Origin: Elusimicrobiota bacterium
GTDB lineage: Bacteria; CG03; SLGR01; JAGXOG01
Reading direction: 5' to 3'
Assembly: GCA_027858455.1 (NCBI GenBank)
Contig: JAQICQ010000027.1
Span: 1-44,267 of the forward strand
Length of the DNA stretch: 44,267 bases
Part shown: piece by piece, positions 16,985-25,423 of the stretch
How the letters are laid out: each line of letters begins with the position of its first letter
Numbering within the stretch: position 1 is the stretch's first letter
Notes under the pieces: generated by a model
Told to the model about the DNA's origin: nothing
Databases searched by the model: none
Seen by the model: only the letters and a program-made list of their open reading frames with translations
Program-made: the position numbers and the translations under genes

Positions 16985-17067
16985 AAGAATCGGATCGGTA
17001 TATTTATTTTATGGCTGTAATTATAGCAACTATTTTATGGCTTTATGTCAAGTTTTTAGTCCAGTGA
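16981..17067 (+). pseudogene. Possible vestigial cdaR (YbbR-family) N-terminal micro-ORF, 28 codons
   Basis: The TTG overlaps the cdaA stop (GCTTGAAAG). The peptide (M)KESDRYIYFMAVIIATILWLYVKFLVQ resembles the single N-terminal TM helix (..A..LW.YV) of CdaR, which normally follows cdaA. No YbbR domains follow. This call is speculative. Confidence 0.25.
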
Positions 17068-17080
17068 TATTTTTAGTTCA

Positions 17081-17791
17081 ATGATAAAGCTGGGAGTAAA
17101 TATTGACCACATAGCTACGCTTCGTCAGGCTAGAAAGGAAGGGGTCCCGGATATCCTTAAAGCCGCTCTGGCGGCAAAAGAAGGCGGCGCCGACGGTTTG
17201 ACCGTTCATCTTAGGCAGGACCGCCGTCATATACAGGACAGAGATGTTTTTAATTTAAAAGAAAACTCAGGGCTTCCTTTAAATCTTGAGATGGCCGCAG
17301 TTGACGAGATTATAAATATTGCCCTGGAGGTAAAACCTTCAAGCGTATGCATGGTCCCAGAAAAGAGAGAAGAGCTGACCACGGAAGGGGGGCTTGACGC
17401 CGCCGGGAATAAAGAAAAGATAAGAACGGCTGTCAATAAATTCAGGAAAGAGGATATTGAAGTTTCTCTCTTTATAGATCCCGACATTAAACAGATAAAG
17501 GCCGCCGCGGAAGTCGGCGCCGATACGGTAGAAATACATACCGGCGCGTATGCAAATGCCTTGCCTGATAAAAAAGAAGAGCATATTAAAATTATTGCCC
17601 GTAGCGCCGAGGCCGCCCTTAAAGAAGGGCTTAAAGTAAATGCAGGGCACGGGCTTGACTACAGCAATGTCTCGGCGGTAAAAGAGACGGATGTTTTCAG
17701 CGAATTTAATATAGGTTATTCCATTATCTGCCGCGGTGTATTTACCGGGCTTGAAGTTGCCGTTCGTGATATGAAAATTCTTTTAGGTTAA
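17081..17791 (+). CDS. pdxJ: Pyridoxine 5'-phosphate synthase
   Basis: Has LGVNIDHIATLRQAR, LTVHLRQDRRHI, VE.HTG.YA and NAGHGL.Y.N. Confidence 0.93.
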   Translation: MIKLGVNIDHIATLRQARKEGVPDILKAALAAKEGGADGLTVHLRQDRRHIQDRDVFNLKENSGLPLNLEMAAVDEIINIALEVKPSSVCMVPEKREELTTEGGLDAAGNKEKIRTAVNKFRKEDIEVSLFIDPDIKQIKAAAEVGADTVEIHTGAYANALPDKKEEHIKIIARSAEAALKEGLKVNAGHGLDYSNVSAVKETDVFSEFNIGYSIICRGVFTGLEVAVRDMKILLG

Positions 17792-17816
17792 TGGAAATTA
17801 CAGCAGGTAATTGCAG

Positions 17817-18137
17817 ATGAAAAAGGGATTAATATTTTTAATAGTTGTTTCCGCGCTTTTTTGGGGTATATATTATACAGGTAATATAGAGGATAAAGCA
17901 GAAAATTTCGCAAAAGACTCGGCGGAAAAATTAAAAGCTCCGACTGAAAAAGCAAGCCGGGCAGTTCACCGGGCCAATCTTAATATATTAGAGACTTCCA
18001 TAGAAATATTTAAACAGAGCAAAGGACGGGCTCCTTTAACTCTTAAAGAACTTGTAGAAAAGGGATATCTTTCTAAAATACCGAATTCAGGTTCAGTCGG
18101 ATGGGAGTATGATCCTGCTTCCGGTCGGATAAGATGA
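17817..18137 (+). CDS. Small membrane-anchored protein with a GspG/pseudopilin-like globular domain
   Basis: An N-terminal TM helix is followed by ANLNILETSIEIFKQSKGRAPLTLKELVEKGYLSKIP...WEYDPASG. This follows the T2SS GspG pattern (L..AL..Y....G.YP..L..LV..GYL...P.D.W...Y.Y). There is no G-F-T-L-I-E prepilin site. The stop overlaps the acpS start (ATGA). Confidence 0.5.
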   Translation: MKKGLIFLIVVSALFWGIYYTGNIEDKAENFAKDSAEKLKAPTEKASRAVHRANLNILETSIEIFKQSKGRAPLTLKELVEKGYLSKIPNSGSVGWEYDPASGRIR

Positions 18138-18538
18138 ATCTTCTTGAGATCGGGATAGATATAGTCAGTGTTGACCGGGTTAAAAAGCTGGTCGGAAAAA
18201 ACAAAGGATTTGAAGAACGCATACTTTCTAAAAGGGAGTTAAAATATTGCCGGCGTAAAAAGAATTATATTGAACATATAGCCGGCCGGTTTGCCGCAAA
18301 AGAAGCTGTCTATAAAGCAGTTAATAAATTTGTGGGGCCGACAGCGTTAAAAGATATAGAGATAATAAGCGACGGCAAATCTCCCGAAAAAACTCCCGAA
18401 GTGTCAGACAGCTGTTTGTTAGGGAGGAGTCTTAAAAAGAAGGGTTTCGGCTGCAGGGTAAGCATATCCCATAACCGCAGTCAGGCAGTAGCTAACGCTG
18501 CTTTGTTTAAGAAGGACAATGAAAGTAATAACAGCTAA
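18134..18538 (+). CDS. acpS: Holo-[acyl-carrier-protein] synthase
   Basis: Has IGIDIVSVDRV, RFAAKEAV.KA and ISISH. It follows the conserved pdxJ-acpS linkage. Confidence 0.85.
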   Translation: MNLLEIGIDIVSVDRVKKLVGKNKGFEERILSKRELKYCRRKKNYIEHIAGRFAAKEAVYKAVNKFVGPTALKDIEIISDGKSPEKTPEVSDSCLLGRSLKKKGFGCRVSISHNRSQAVANAALFKKDNESNNS

Positions 18539-20072
18539 AGAGATGGTCTGGATAGATCGCAAATCGGCGGTTTCCGCCGAAGTGTTGATGGAACGCGCAG
18601 GCAGAAGTCTGGCTGATTTTATCTCTGGCTATATGCCCGGATTTCCCGTAGTTTTTATCTGCGGCAAGGGCAATAACGGCGGCGACGGATTTGTTGCGGC
18701 CCGTTATCTTTCTCAAAGTAACCGGCAGGTTGCGGTATATACAACAGCTGAAAAAAAAGAGATTAAGGGGCTTGCTTTGAAACAGCTTAAAAGATTAAAT
18801 CTGCCTGTCCGGAAGCTGGATATAAAAGAACTGCCGTATATGTTCCGGAGGAATGTAATTACGGTAGATTGTATTTTAGGCACCGGGTTTAAACCGCCGC
18901 TGAAACAATCTATTCAAAATATTCTTGAAATAATAAATAAAAATAGTAAAATAACTTTATCGTGTGATATTCCGACAGGGGTAAGCGGGGATACCGGTGA
19001 AGCCGATAAGTTTGCCGTAGATGCCGATATAACAGTTACTTTTGAATATCCTAAAGTCGGGCATATTAAGGGGGAAGGTGAAGTCTTGACCGGATCGCTT
19101 GAAGTTGTAAATATAGGAACGGGAATTTTCCCGGATAAATCGACGGATAATTTTTGTCCGGATACGGGCAGAAAATATTTAGAAATTATTGCCGGACAGG
19201 ATATACGCGGATACTTTAAAAGGCGTCCGAAAAAGAGCCACAAAAAAGATTACGGGCATATAGTGGTTGTAGGGGGGTCTCGCGGATTAACCGCAGCGCC
19301 GGTGATGGCAACTGCCGGAGCTTTGCGCGCCGGTGCGGGGCTTGTTACCTGCGTTGTTCCGGAAGGGGTAACCGGAAGGCTTAATAAGATGCCCCTAAGC
19401 GCAATGATTTTGCCCGTTGAAGAAACTGCTGACGGAACCCTAAAAGCATCCGCGGCAGGCAGGATTATAGATTTTATAAAAAGAAAAAATATAGATGCTT
19501 TAGTGATAGGGCCCGGGCTGGGGGTGAATGACGATACGGCGGAAGTTGTTGAAATACTTTTAAGGGATACAGAATGTCCTGTTCTTGTTGATGCGGACGG
19601 GTTAAATTGCCTGTCGGGTGATTTAAAAATTATTAAAAAGAGAACCGCGCCGACAGTGCTTACTCCGCACCCCGGCGAGATGTCAAGGTTGACGAAAAAA
19701 AGAACTGCTGATATTCAAAGTAATCGCATGTCTGCGGCAAAAGATTTAGCGGCAGAGCTTGACTGCACGGTTATTCTTAAGGGATACAGGACAGTAGTTT
19801 CTGACGGTAAAAGAACAGTTTTAAATGTAACGGGTAACCCGGCAATGGCAGTCGGCGGCGCCGGAGATATTCTTTCCGGGATAGCCGGAGCTCTTATCGG
19901 GCAAGGGTTCGGGCAAGGTTTCGGACAGGAAGCCGGGCAGAATTTAGATGAATTTGAAAGCGCAAAAACTGCTGTATGGGTCCATGGAAGGGCCGCAGAT
20001 ATAGCAGCTTGGAAATACGGAGAGAGATACCTCAATCCGGAAGAAATAGTAAAAGAGTTAAATAGAGTGTAA
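18519..20072 (+). CDS. nnr: Bifunctional NAD(P)H-hydrate repair enzyme Nnr (epimerase plus ADP-dependent dehydratase)
   Basis: The YjeF_N domain has CGKGNNGGDGFVAARYL. The carbohydrate-kinase domain has KKDYGH.VVVGGS....GA, LTPHPGE and GGAGD.LSG. Confidence 0.9.
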   Translation: MKVITAKEMVWIDRKSAVSAEVLMERAGRSLADFISGYMPGFPVVFICGKGNNGGDGFVAARYLSQSNRQVAVYTTAEKKEIKGLALKQLKRLNLPVRKLDIKELPYMFRRNVITVDCILGTGFKPPLKQSIQNILEIINKNSKITLSCDIPTGVSGDTGEADKFAVDADITVTFEYPKVGHIKGEGEVLTGSLEVVNIGTGIFPDKSTDNFCPDTGRKYLEIIAGQDIRGYFKRRPKKSHKKDYGHIVVVGGSRGLTAAPVMATAGALRAGAGLVTCVVPEGVTGRLNKMPLSAMILPVEETADGTLKASAAGRIIDFIKRKNIDALVIGPGLGVNDDTAEVVEILLRDTECPVLVDADGLNCLSGDLKIIKKRTAPTVLTPHPGEMSRLTKKRTADIQSNRMSAAKDLAAELDCTVILKGYRTVVSDGKRTVLNVTGNPAMAVGGAGDILSGIAGALIGQGFGQGFGQEAGQNLDEFESAKTAVWVHGRAADIAAWKYGERYLNPEEIVKELNRV

Positions 20073-20086
20073 CGTATAAGGAGGAA

Positions 20087-20362
20087 ATGTTCATGTTAAG
20101 TGTACTTTTTGGTTTAATTGGAATCGTAGTAGGTGTATTGTGGCTGATAGGAGTAGGTGTCGGAAGCGCATGGAATGAGTTTTTGATGGTGCTTCAGGGT
20201 TCTTTGCCGCCTTTCTTTATTCTTGTAGGTCTTGTAGCTCTGGCTGCGGGAATATCAAGCATAAAAGACAAAGCGTCTGCAAAGAAAGAAGAAGAAAAGC
20301 TTGAGGAAAACAGCCAGGAAAAATCTTCAGAAGCAACAACAGAAGAAAAAGCTTCGGAATAA
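20087..20362 (+). CDS. Small two-TM membrane protein with acidic/Lys-rich tail, hypothetical
   Basis: An RBS (AAGGAGGA) lies upstream. The protein has two hydrophobic helices. A strong terminator follows. Confidence 0.6.
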   Translation: MFMLSVLFGLIGIVVGVLWLIGVGVGSAWNEFLMVLQGSLPPFFILVGLVALAAGISSIKDKASAKKEEEKLEENSQEKSSEATTEEKASE

Positions 20363-20373
20363 TTTTTCCAAAG

Positions 20374-20410
20374 ATATACCCGTTATGTTGACGGGTATAT
20401 TTATAATTTT
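20374..20410 (+). terminator. Rho-independent terminator
   Basis: A perfect 10-bp stem, ATATACCCGT (20374-20383) / ACGGGTATAT (20391-20400), has a 7-nt loop and is followed by TTATAATTTT. Confidence 0.6.
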
Positions 20411-20457
20411 ATATAGGAAGTGAGCATGTTAAAAACCTGTGGAAAACTATACAGGTT

Positions 20458-20910
20458 GTGGAAAACTTGGTAGTAACTACTTATTCAGCTGAAGAAACTT
20501 TAGAATTTGGAGCAAAACTGGCCGGCCGCATCACCGCAGGAGATAATTTATTTCTTTCGGGTGAATTAGGAGCCGGAAAGACTACTATGCTTCAGGGTCT
20601 GGGCAGAGGACTGGGTATAGAGGGAAATATTATAAGTCCGACTTTTCAGCTGGTAAGGAAATATTATCTTAAAGACGGCCGGGAATTTGCCCATATAGAT
20701 CTTTACCGCCTGGATACTGTTGAAGATATATTAAGGATAGGGTGGAGGGATATAACCGAAAGCAGCCGGATAGTTGCTGTGGAGTGGGCGGATAAGGCAA
20801 AAGAAATTTGGCCGGATAAAGGTCAGAGTAGTCAGGGTAAAAGTTATATAATCAATATGTCTGTAGCCGGGAAAAAAACAAGAAAGATAGAATTAACAGA
20901 GCTCCTATAA
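20458..20910 (+). CDS. tsaE: tRNA t6A37 biosynthesis ATPase TsaE
   Basis: Has LSGELGAGKTT (Walker A), SPTF.LV..Y and H.DLYRL. The start is GTG. Confidence 0.85.
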   Translation: MENLVVTTYSAEETLEFGAKLAGRITAGDNLFLSGELGAGKTTMLQGLGRGLGIEGNIISPTFQLVRKYYLKDGREFAHIDLYRLDTVEDILRIGWRDITESSRIVAVEWADKAKEIWPDKGQSSQGKSYIINMSVAGKKTRKIELTELL

Positions 20911-20912
20911 TT

Positions 20913-21476
20913 ATGTTCCTTGCGATAGATACTACAACAGAAATATTTACCGTTGCTTTGGGCAGCGCTGAAAAAGTATATGCTTCAAAAGTAATTAAAG
21001 GGAAAAAACATTCAGACCGCCTTATCCCATCTATTGAAGAAGTTATTCAAAAAAGTTCAACATCTTTTTATGATGTTAAGGCAATCGGCGTTTGCGCCGG
21101 CCCGGGGTCTTTTACCGGGATACGAATAGGATTAAGTTGTGCGCTGACGATGGCCCAGGTACTTAATATTCCTGTCTATTCTTTATCTCTTTTAGATATT
21201 GCCGGGCGCAGCGTTAGATGTCCGGCGATAAAGGCATTTGGAAAAAAATATTATTTTGCGGAATATGAAAAATCCGGGAATCGCAAAGAAGAGATAAGGA
21301 TTATTGAAGAACAAGAGTTAATAAAGATGGAGGGGGTTCAGGCTAAAGTTGACCCTGTGCAGCTTTTAAAAGAAACGGCCGTATTTTTTAAAAGCAAAAA
21401 GAAAGGCAAATGGACGGATATTGAACCGTTATACTTAATGGAGACAAAATACAGAGCTAAAAATGCAAAACATTGA
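20913..21476 (+). CDS. tsaB: tRNA t6A37 biosynthesis protein TsaB
   Basis: Has LAIDTTTE....AL, GPGSFTGIRIG and the YeaZ-like N-domain. It lies in the tsaE-tsaB-rimI order. Confidence 0.8.
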   Translation: MFLAIDTTTEIFTVALGSAEKVYASKVIKGKKHSDRLIPSIEEVIQKSSTSFYDVKAIGVCAGPGSFTGIRIGLSCALTMAQVLNIPVYSLSLLDIAGRSVRCPAIKAFGKKYYFAEYEKSGNRKEEIRIIEEQELIKMEGVQAKVDPVQLLKETAVFFKSKKKGKWTDIEPLYLMETKYRAKNAKH

Positions 21477-22665
21477 AAGTTTACAGATTCAAAGACGAGA
21501 AGTTTCCGAAAACATAAGAAGGGTTACTAAAGAGATTATTATGATGGAAGAGGTCTTAAAAGAGACCGATGATAACATTATGGGCCTGGAATTTCAGCTT
21601 GTATCCAAGGAGTCCGACCGGTGGAACGATATTGTAAATAAAGCAAGAAAATTCAGGGAAAGAATAGCTCATCTTAAATCGGAACGCCGGCGGTTTATCC
21701 GGATGGAACAGTCCTATGAAAATCAGATTAAAGAGCTCCAAAAAGAAGCAGAAATTCAAAACAGGGAGCAGGAAAACATTAAAGAGTTGGAAACAAAAAA
21801 GGAAGAACTTGCTATAGAACTTCAGAAGATGAGCGAGGAAAGGGAGAAGACCGAAGGGGTTCTTAAAAAGTTAAATCAGGAAAGAAAAGAACGGGAAGAA
21901 AAAATTCAACAGGCAGCCATAGAAGAGGAGAAAAAAGTTTCCTCTAAAGAGTCAGCCGGCCCGGAAAAATCGGTTTCCCGGGAAATAGAAGACGTTCTGG
22001 CCGGTGATATAGAAGAAACTCAACCGGAGCAAACAATTGAAAATGAGCCTGCGCCCGAGCCTGAGCCTGAAAAGAAAGAAGAAACGCCCCGCCGTAAATT
22101 AAAGACTTTAAAAGATTTGGCAAAAATGTATAAGACCATTGATAAAAAAGAAAAGGAGACTCAAGAAAGTGAAGAGGATATAACTTTTCCGCCACCCAAA
22201 CCGTTGGATAAACTTAAGTTTTCAATAAGCGAATTCAGCGCACCGGACTTAAAAGAAGTAATTGATATAGAGACTTTCTCCTTTCCCCGTCCATGGCGGC
22301 GTTATATGTTTTATAAAGAGATGGAAATACCTGTATCCAGGCATTATGTGCTTAAAGCCAATGACGGCATATCCAGGTTTGTCATAGCTTACTGTGTTTA
22401 CTGGGTTACAAATAAGAAGATGAATATTAAAAATTTTGCAAGTCACCCTTCATACAGACTACAGGGGGTAGGAACAAAATTTTTAAAAGCAATGATAAAT
22501 AAAGCAAAAGGGTCGGGAGCCGTAAAGGCAAATGTAATTGTCCGGGAATCCAACACGGCTGCGTTGGAACTCGTTAAAAAACTGGATTTCAGACAGGGGG
22601 AAAAGAAAAAGGAATATTTCGGGTTTACAAAAGAAGACGGAATAGTTATGGAAAGAGAAATATAA
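21463..22665 (+). CDS. rimI: RimI-like GNAT N-acetyltransferase with a ~250-aa N-terminal coiled-coil/charged extension
   Basis: The C-terminal ~145 aa carry a GNAT/RimI pattern (IDIETFSFPRPW, N.ASHPSYR.QGVG..L, VRESN.AA..L..K.F). The N-terminal 251 codons are a continuous stop-free K/E/Q-rich heptad-like sequence. Confidence 0.75.
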   Translation: MQNIESLQIQRREVSENIRRVTKEIIMMEEVLKETDDNIMGLEFQLVSKESDRWNDIVNKARKFRERIAHLKSERRRFIRMEQSYENQIKELQKEAEIQNREQENIKELETKKEELAIELQKMSEEREKTEGVLKKLNQERKEREEKIQQAAIEEEKKVSSKESAGPEKSVSREIEDVLAGDIEETQPEQTIENEPAPEPEPEKKEETPRRKLKTLKDLAKMYKTIDKKEKETQESEEDITFPPPKPLDKLKFSISEFSAPDLKEVIDIETFSFPRPWRRYMFYKEMEIPVSRHYVLKANDGISRFVIAYCVYWVTNKKMNIKNFASHPSYRLQGVGTKFLKAMINKAKGSGAVKANVIVRESNTAALELVKKLDFRQGEKKKEYFGFTKEDGIVMEREI

Positions 22666-22667
22666 TA

Positions 22668-23549
22668 ATGACAGAAAAAAAACTTAAGTTTGCGTTACCT
22701 AAGGGCAGTCTACAAAAATCTACAATAGATATTTTTGCAAAGGCGGGAATTAGAATATCTATAGATGAGGAACGTTCGTATTATCCCTCGTCGGATGATT
22801 CAGACCTGGAACTTATGCTTATAAGGCCCCAGGAGATGCCGCGGTATATTGAGGACGGTGTTTTTGACGGAGGGCTTTGCGGCAGAGACTGGCTGATGGA
22901 AAACGGTGCCGACCTTGAAGAAGTTACGGAACTTGTATACGCTAAAAGCGGATTCCGGCCGGTTCGGTGGGTGCTGGCCGTTCCGGAAAATTCAGATATA
23001 AATTCAGTTGAGGATCTTGAAGGTAAAAAAGTTGCCACAGAGTTAGTTAATTATGTGACAAATTATCTTAAATCAAAAGATATCAATTGTGATGTAGAGT
23101 TTTCATGGGGAGCTACCGAGGTAAAGCCCGGGGTGCTTTGTGACGCAATAGTTGAGTTAACAGAAACCGGAACTTCTTTAAAGGCAAACAAACTGAGAAT
23201 AGTTAAAGAGCTTTTGACTTCCTCAACCCTTTTGATTGCAAATAAGGATTCCTATCGGGATCCCTGGAAGAAGAAAAAACTTGAAAATATAGCGCTTCTT
23301 CTGAATTCTGCTGTTGCTGCCGAATCAGTGGTGGGGTTAAAGATGAATATTGGTACTAGTAAAATAGATAAAGTTTTGGAAATTCTTCCGTCCGGCAAAA
23401 ATCCAACTATATCCTCTCTGACCCGGGAAGGCTGGTCGGCGCTTGAAGTAGTAATTGCTGAACAGCAGGTAAAAGAAATACTTCCTAAACTCAGCCGTAT
23501 AGGCGCAACGGATATAATAGAATATCCGTTAAACAAAATAGTTTATTAG
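22668..23549 (+). CDS. hisG: ATP phosphoribosyltransferase, long form with C-terminal regulatory domain
   Basis: Has LKFALPKGSLQKST..IF, D.G..G.D...E and TE..TG.SL. The C-terminal HisG_C-like segment has PT.S.L....W.A...V. Confidence 0.9.
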   Translation: MTEKKLKFALPKGSLQKSTIDIFAKAGIRISIDEERSYYPSSDDSDLELMLIRPQEMPRYIEDGVFDGGLCGRDWLMENGADLEEVTELVYAKSGFRPVRWVLAVPENSDINSVEDLEGKKVATELVNYVTNYLKSKDINCDVEFSWGATEVKPGVLCDAIVELTETGTSLKANKLRIVKELLTSSTLLIANKDSYRDPWKKKKLENIALLLNSAVAAESVVGLKMNIGTSKIDKVLEILPSGKNPTISSLTREGWSALEVVIAEQQVKEILPKLSRIGATDIIEYPLNKIVY

Positions 23550-23584
23550 TATGAAAATACGATTAAACAAAAGAGGTTATTAAT

Positions 23585-25009
23585 ATGAGAGTCAGATTTG
23601 CCCCTTCTCCTACAGGCTATCTTCATATAGGCGGAGTGCGTACAGCTTTATATAACTATCTTTTCAGCCACCATTCCGGGGGCAAGTTTATATTACGAAT
23701 TGAAGATACCGATTTAAAACGTTCCGAAGATGAATATACAAAAATTATTTTAGACGGATTGAAGTGGCTGGGTCTGGACTGGGACGAAGGGCCGTATTTC
23801 CAGAGTAAACGAATGGCTCTTTATAAAGAAGCGCTTAATTACCTTATAGAAAAAGACCGGGTTTATAAGTGTTACTGCACACCGGATGAATTAAGTCAAA
23901 GAAGAGAAGAAGCCCGCAAGCAGGGGTGCCCTCCCGGTTATGACGGCCGATGCCGTAAGCTTGATGAAAACAAAATTAAAGAATACAAAAATTCCGGGCG
24001 GAACTATGTATACAGGATTAAAACTCCGGATAAAGGCGCGGTATCATTTAAAGATATTGTAAAAGGGAAAATTGAGATAGATACCGGCATATTAAGCGAT
24101 TTTGTGCTCTTTAAGTCCGACGGTATGCCTACATACAATTTTGCCTGCGCTGTTGATGATTCTAACCTGGAGATTACCCATATTATAAGGGGAGACGATC
24201 ATGTTTCCAATACGCATAAACAGATACTTTTATACAGGGCACTGGATAAAGAGATACCGGAATTTGCTCATCTTCCTCAGGTGCACGGGACAGACGGCAA
24301 ACGTTTATCTAAGAGAACCGGAGCTGTTTCTCTTGACGAATACAGGGAAAAAGGATATCTTCCCGAGGCCCTGAGAAATTATCTTGTTTTGCTGGGGTGG
24401 TCAACGAAAGACTCTCAGCAGATATTTAAATGGGAAGAGCTTAAAAATAAGTTTAAGCTAACCCGATGCGGTAAATCCGCAGGAGTCTTTGACTTAGAAA
24501 AACTTAACTGGATGAACGGCAAATATATCCGCAGTCTTTCTTCTGCAGAGATTGCCCAAAGGGCTGCCGGATGGTTAAAAAAAGAAGGGCTCATAGAAGA
24601 TAAATCCAGAATACCCGATAAAGTTATTGAGGCAATTGAAGTTGAGAAAGATAAGATTAAATTGCTTTCTGAAATTCCGGAGCTGGTTGATTATATGATA
24701 AAAGATAATATAATATACCAGGAAAAAGCAGTTAAAAAACGCCTTAAAAAAGAAGGGGTAAGAGATATTCTTAAAAAGGTAATTGATATAATTGAGAATA
24801 TTGGCGATTTTAACGAAGAGAATCTTGAAAAAGCAATAAGGGCAATGTGTGAAGAGACTCATTTAGGCGCCGGGAAGATATTTCACCCGGTCAGAGTAGC
24901 GGTTTCGGGACGTATGAAAGGTCCTGGGGTTTTTGAGCTTTTAAGGGTAATAGGCAAACAAAAAACCATAGAAAGATTACAATACGCTCTCGATAAATAT
25001 GTTGATTAA
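23585..25009 (+). CDS. gltX: Glutamate--tRNA ligase
   Basis: Has RFAPSPTGYLHIGGVRTALYNY (HIGH), RIEDTD..R and RLSKR (KMSKS). A Cys cluster CYC...C.PGYDGRC is present. Confidence 0.95.
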   Translation: MRVRFAPSPTGYLHIGGVRTALYNYLFSHHSGGKFILRIEDTDLKRSEDEYTKIILDGLKWLGLDWDEGPYFQSKRMALYKEALNYLIEKDRVYKCYCTPDELSQRREEARKQGCPPGYDGRCRKLDENKIKEYKNSGRNYVYRIKTPDKGAVSFKDIVKGKIEIDTGILSDFVLFKSDGMPTYNFACAVDDSNLEITHIIRGDDHVSNTHKQILLYRALDKEIPEFAHLPQVHGTDGKRLSKRTGAVSLDEYREKGYLPEALRNYLVLLGWSTKDSQQIFKWEELKNKFKLTRCGKSAGVFDLEKLNWMNGKYIRSLSSAEIAQRAAGWLKKEGLIEDKSRIPDKVIEAIEVEKDKIKLLSEIPELVDYMIKDNIIYQEKAVKKRLKKEGVRDILKKVIDIIENIGDFNEENLEKAIRAMCEETHLGAGKIFHPVRVAVSGRMKGPGVFELLRVIGKQKTIERLQYALDKYVD

Positions 25010-25032
25010 TAGTTTATTTAGGAGGTTTAATA

Positions 25033-25416
25033 ATGAATGAAAATATAGATAACAAGCAGGTGGATGAAAATTTTTTTAATATAGTTATATCGCTTTCTCA
25101 GTCCGCTTTAGTGGGGATGGGCAAGATAAGCAATCCGCAGACAGGCAAAGTTGAAAAGAATATGGATCTGGTAAGAGTAAATATAGATATACTCCAGATG
25201 CTTAAAGAAAAGACAAAGGGGAACCTTGCTAAGAAAGAAAAAGAGATTTTAACAGACACTTTAACCAATCTGCAGCTCACCTTTGTAGATGAACAGAAAA
25301 AAGATTCTAATGAATCCAATAAAAAAGAAGAGAATAAGGATTTGAAAGAAACTAAAAAACCCACTAAAAAAGAAGATAGTAAAGATTCAAAAAAATCAGG
25401 AAAAAAAGATAAATAA
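25033..25416 (+). CDS. DUF1844-domain protein with Lys-rich tail
   Basis: FFNIVISLSQSALVGMGKISNPQTGKVEKNMDLVRVNIDILQMLKEKTKGNL matches the DUF1844 pattern. Confidence 0.7.
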   Translation: MNENIDNKQVDENFFNIVISLSQSALVGMGKISNPQTGKVEKNMDLVRVNIDILQMLKEKTKGNLAKKEKEILTDTLTNLQLTFVDEQKKDSNESNKKEENKDLKETKKPTKKEDSKDSKKSGKKDK

Positions 25417-25423
25417 ATTTAAT

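Noticed and set aside
16866-17084. 72-aa plus-strand ORF overlapping the cdaA 3' end
   Set aside because: It is out of frame within the conserved cdaA C-terminus and has no motifs. The only part of this spacer I consider possibly meaningful is the different-frame micro-ORF at 16981-17067.
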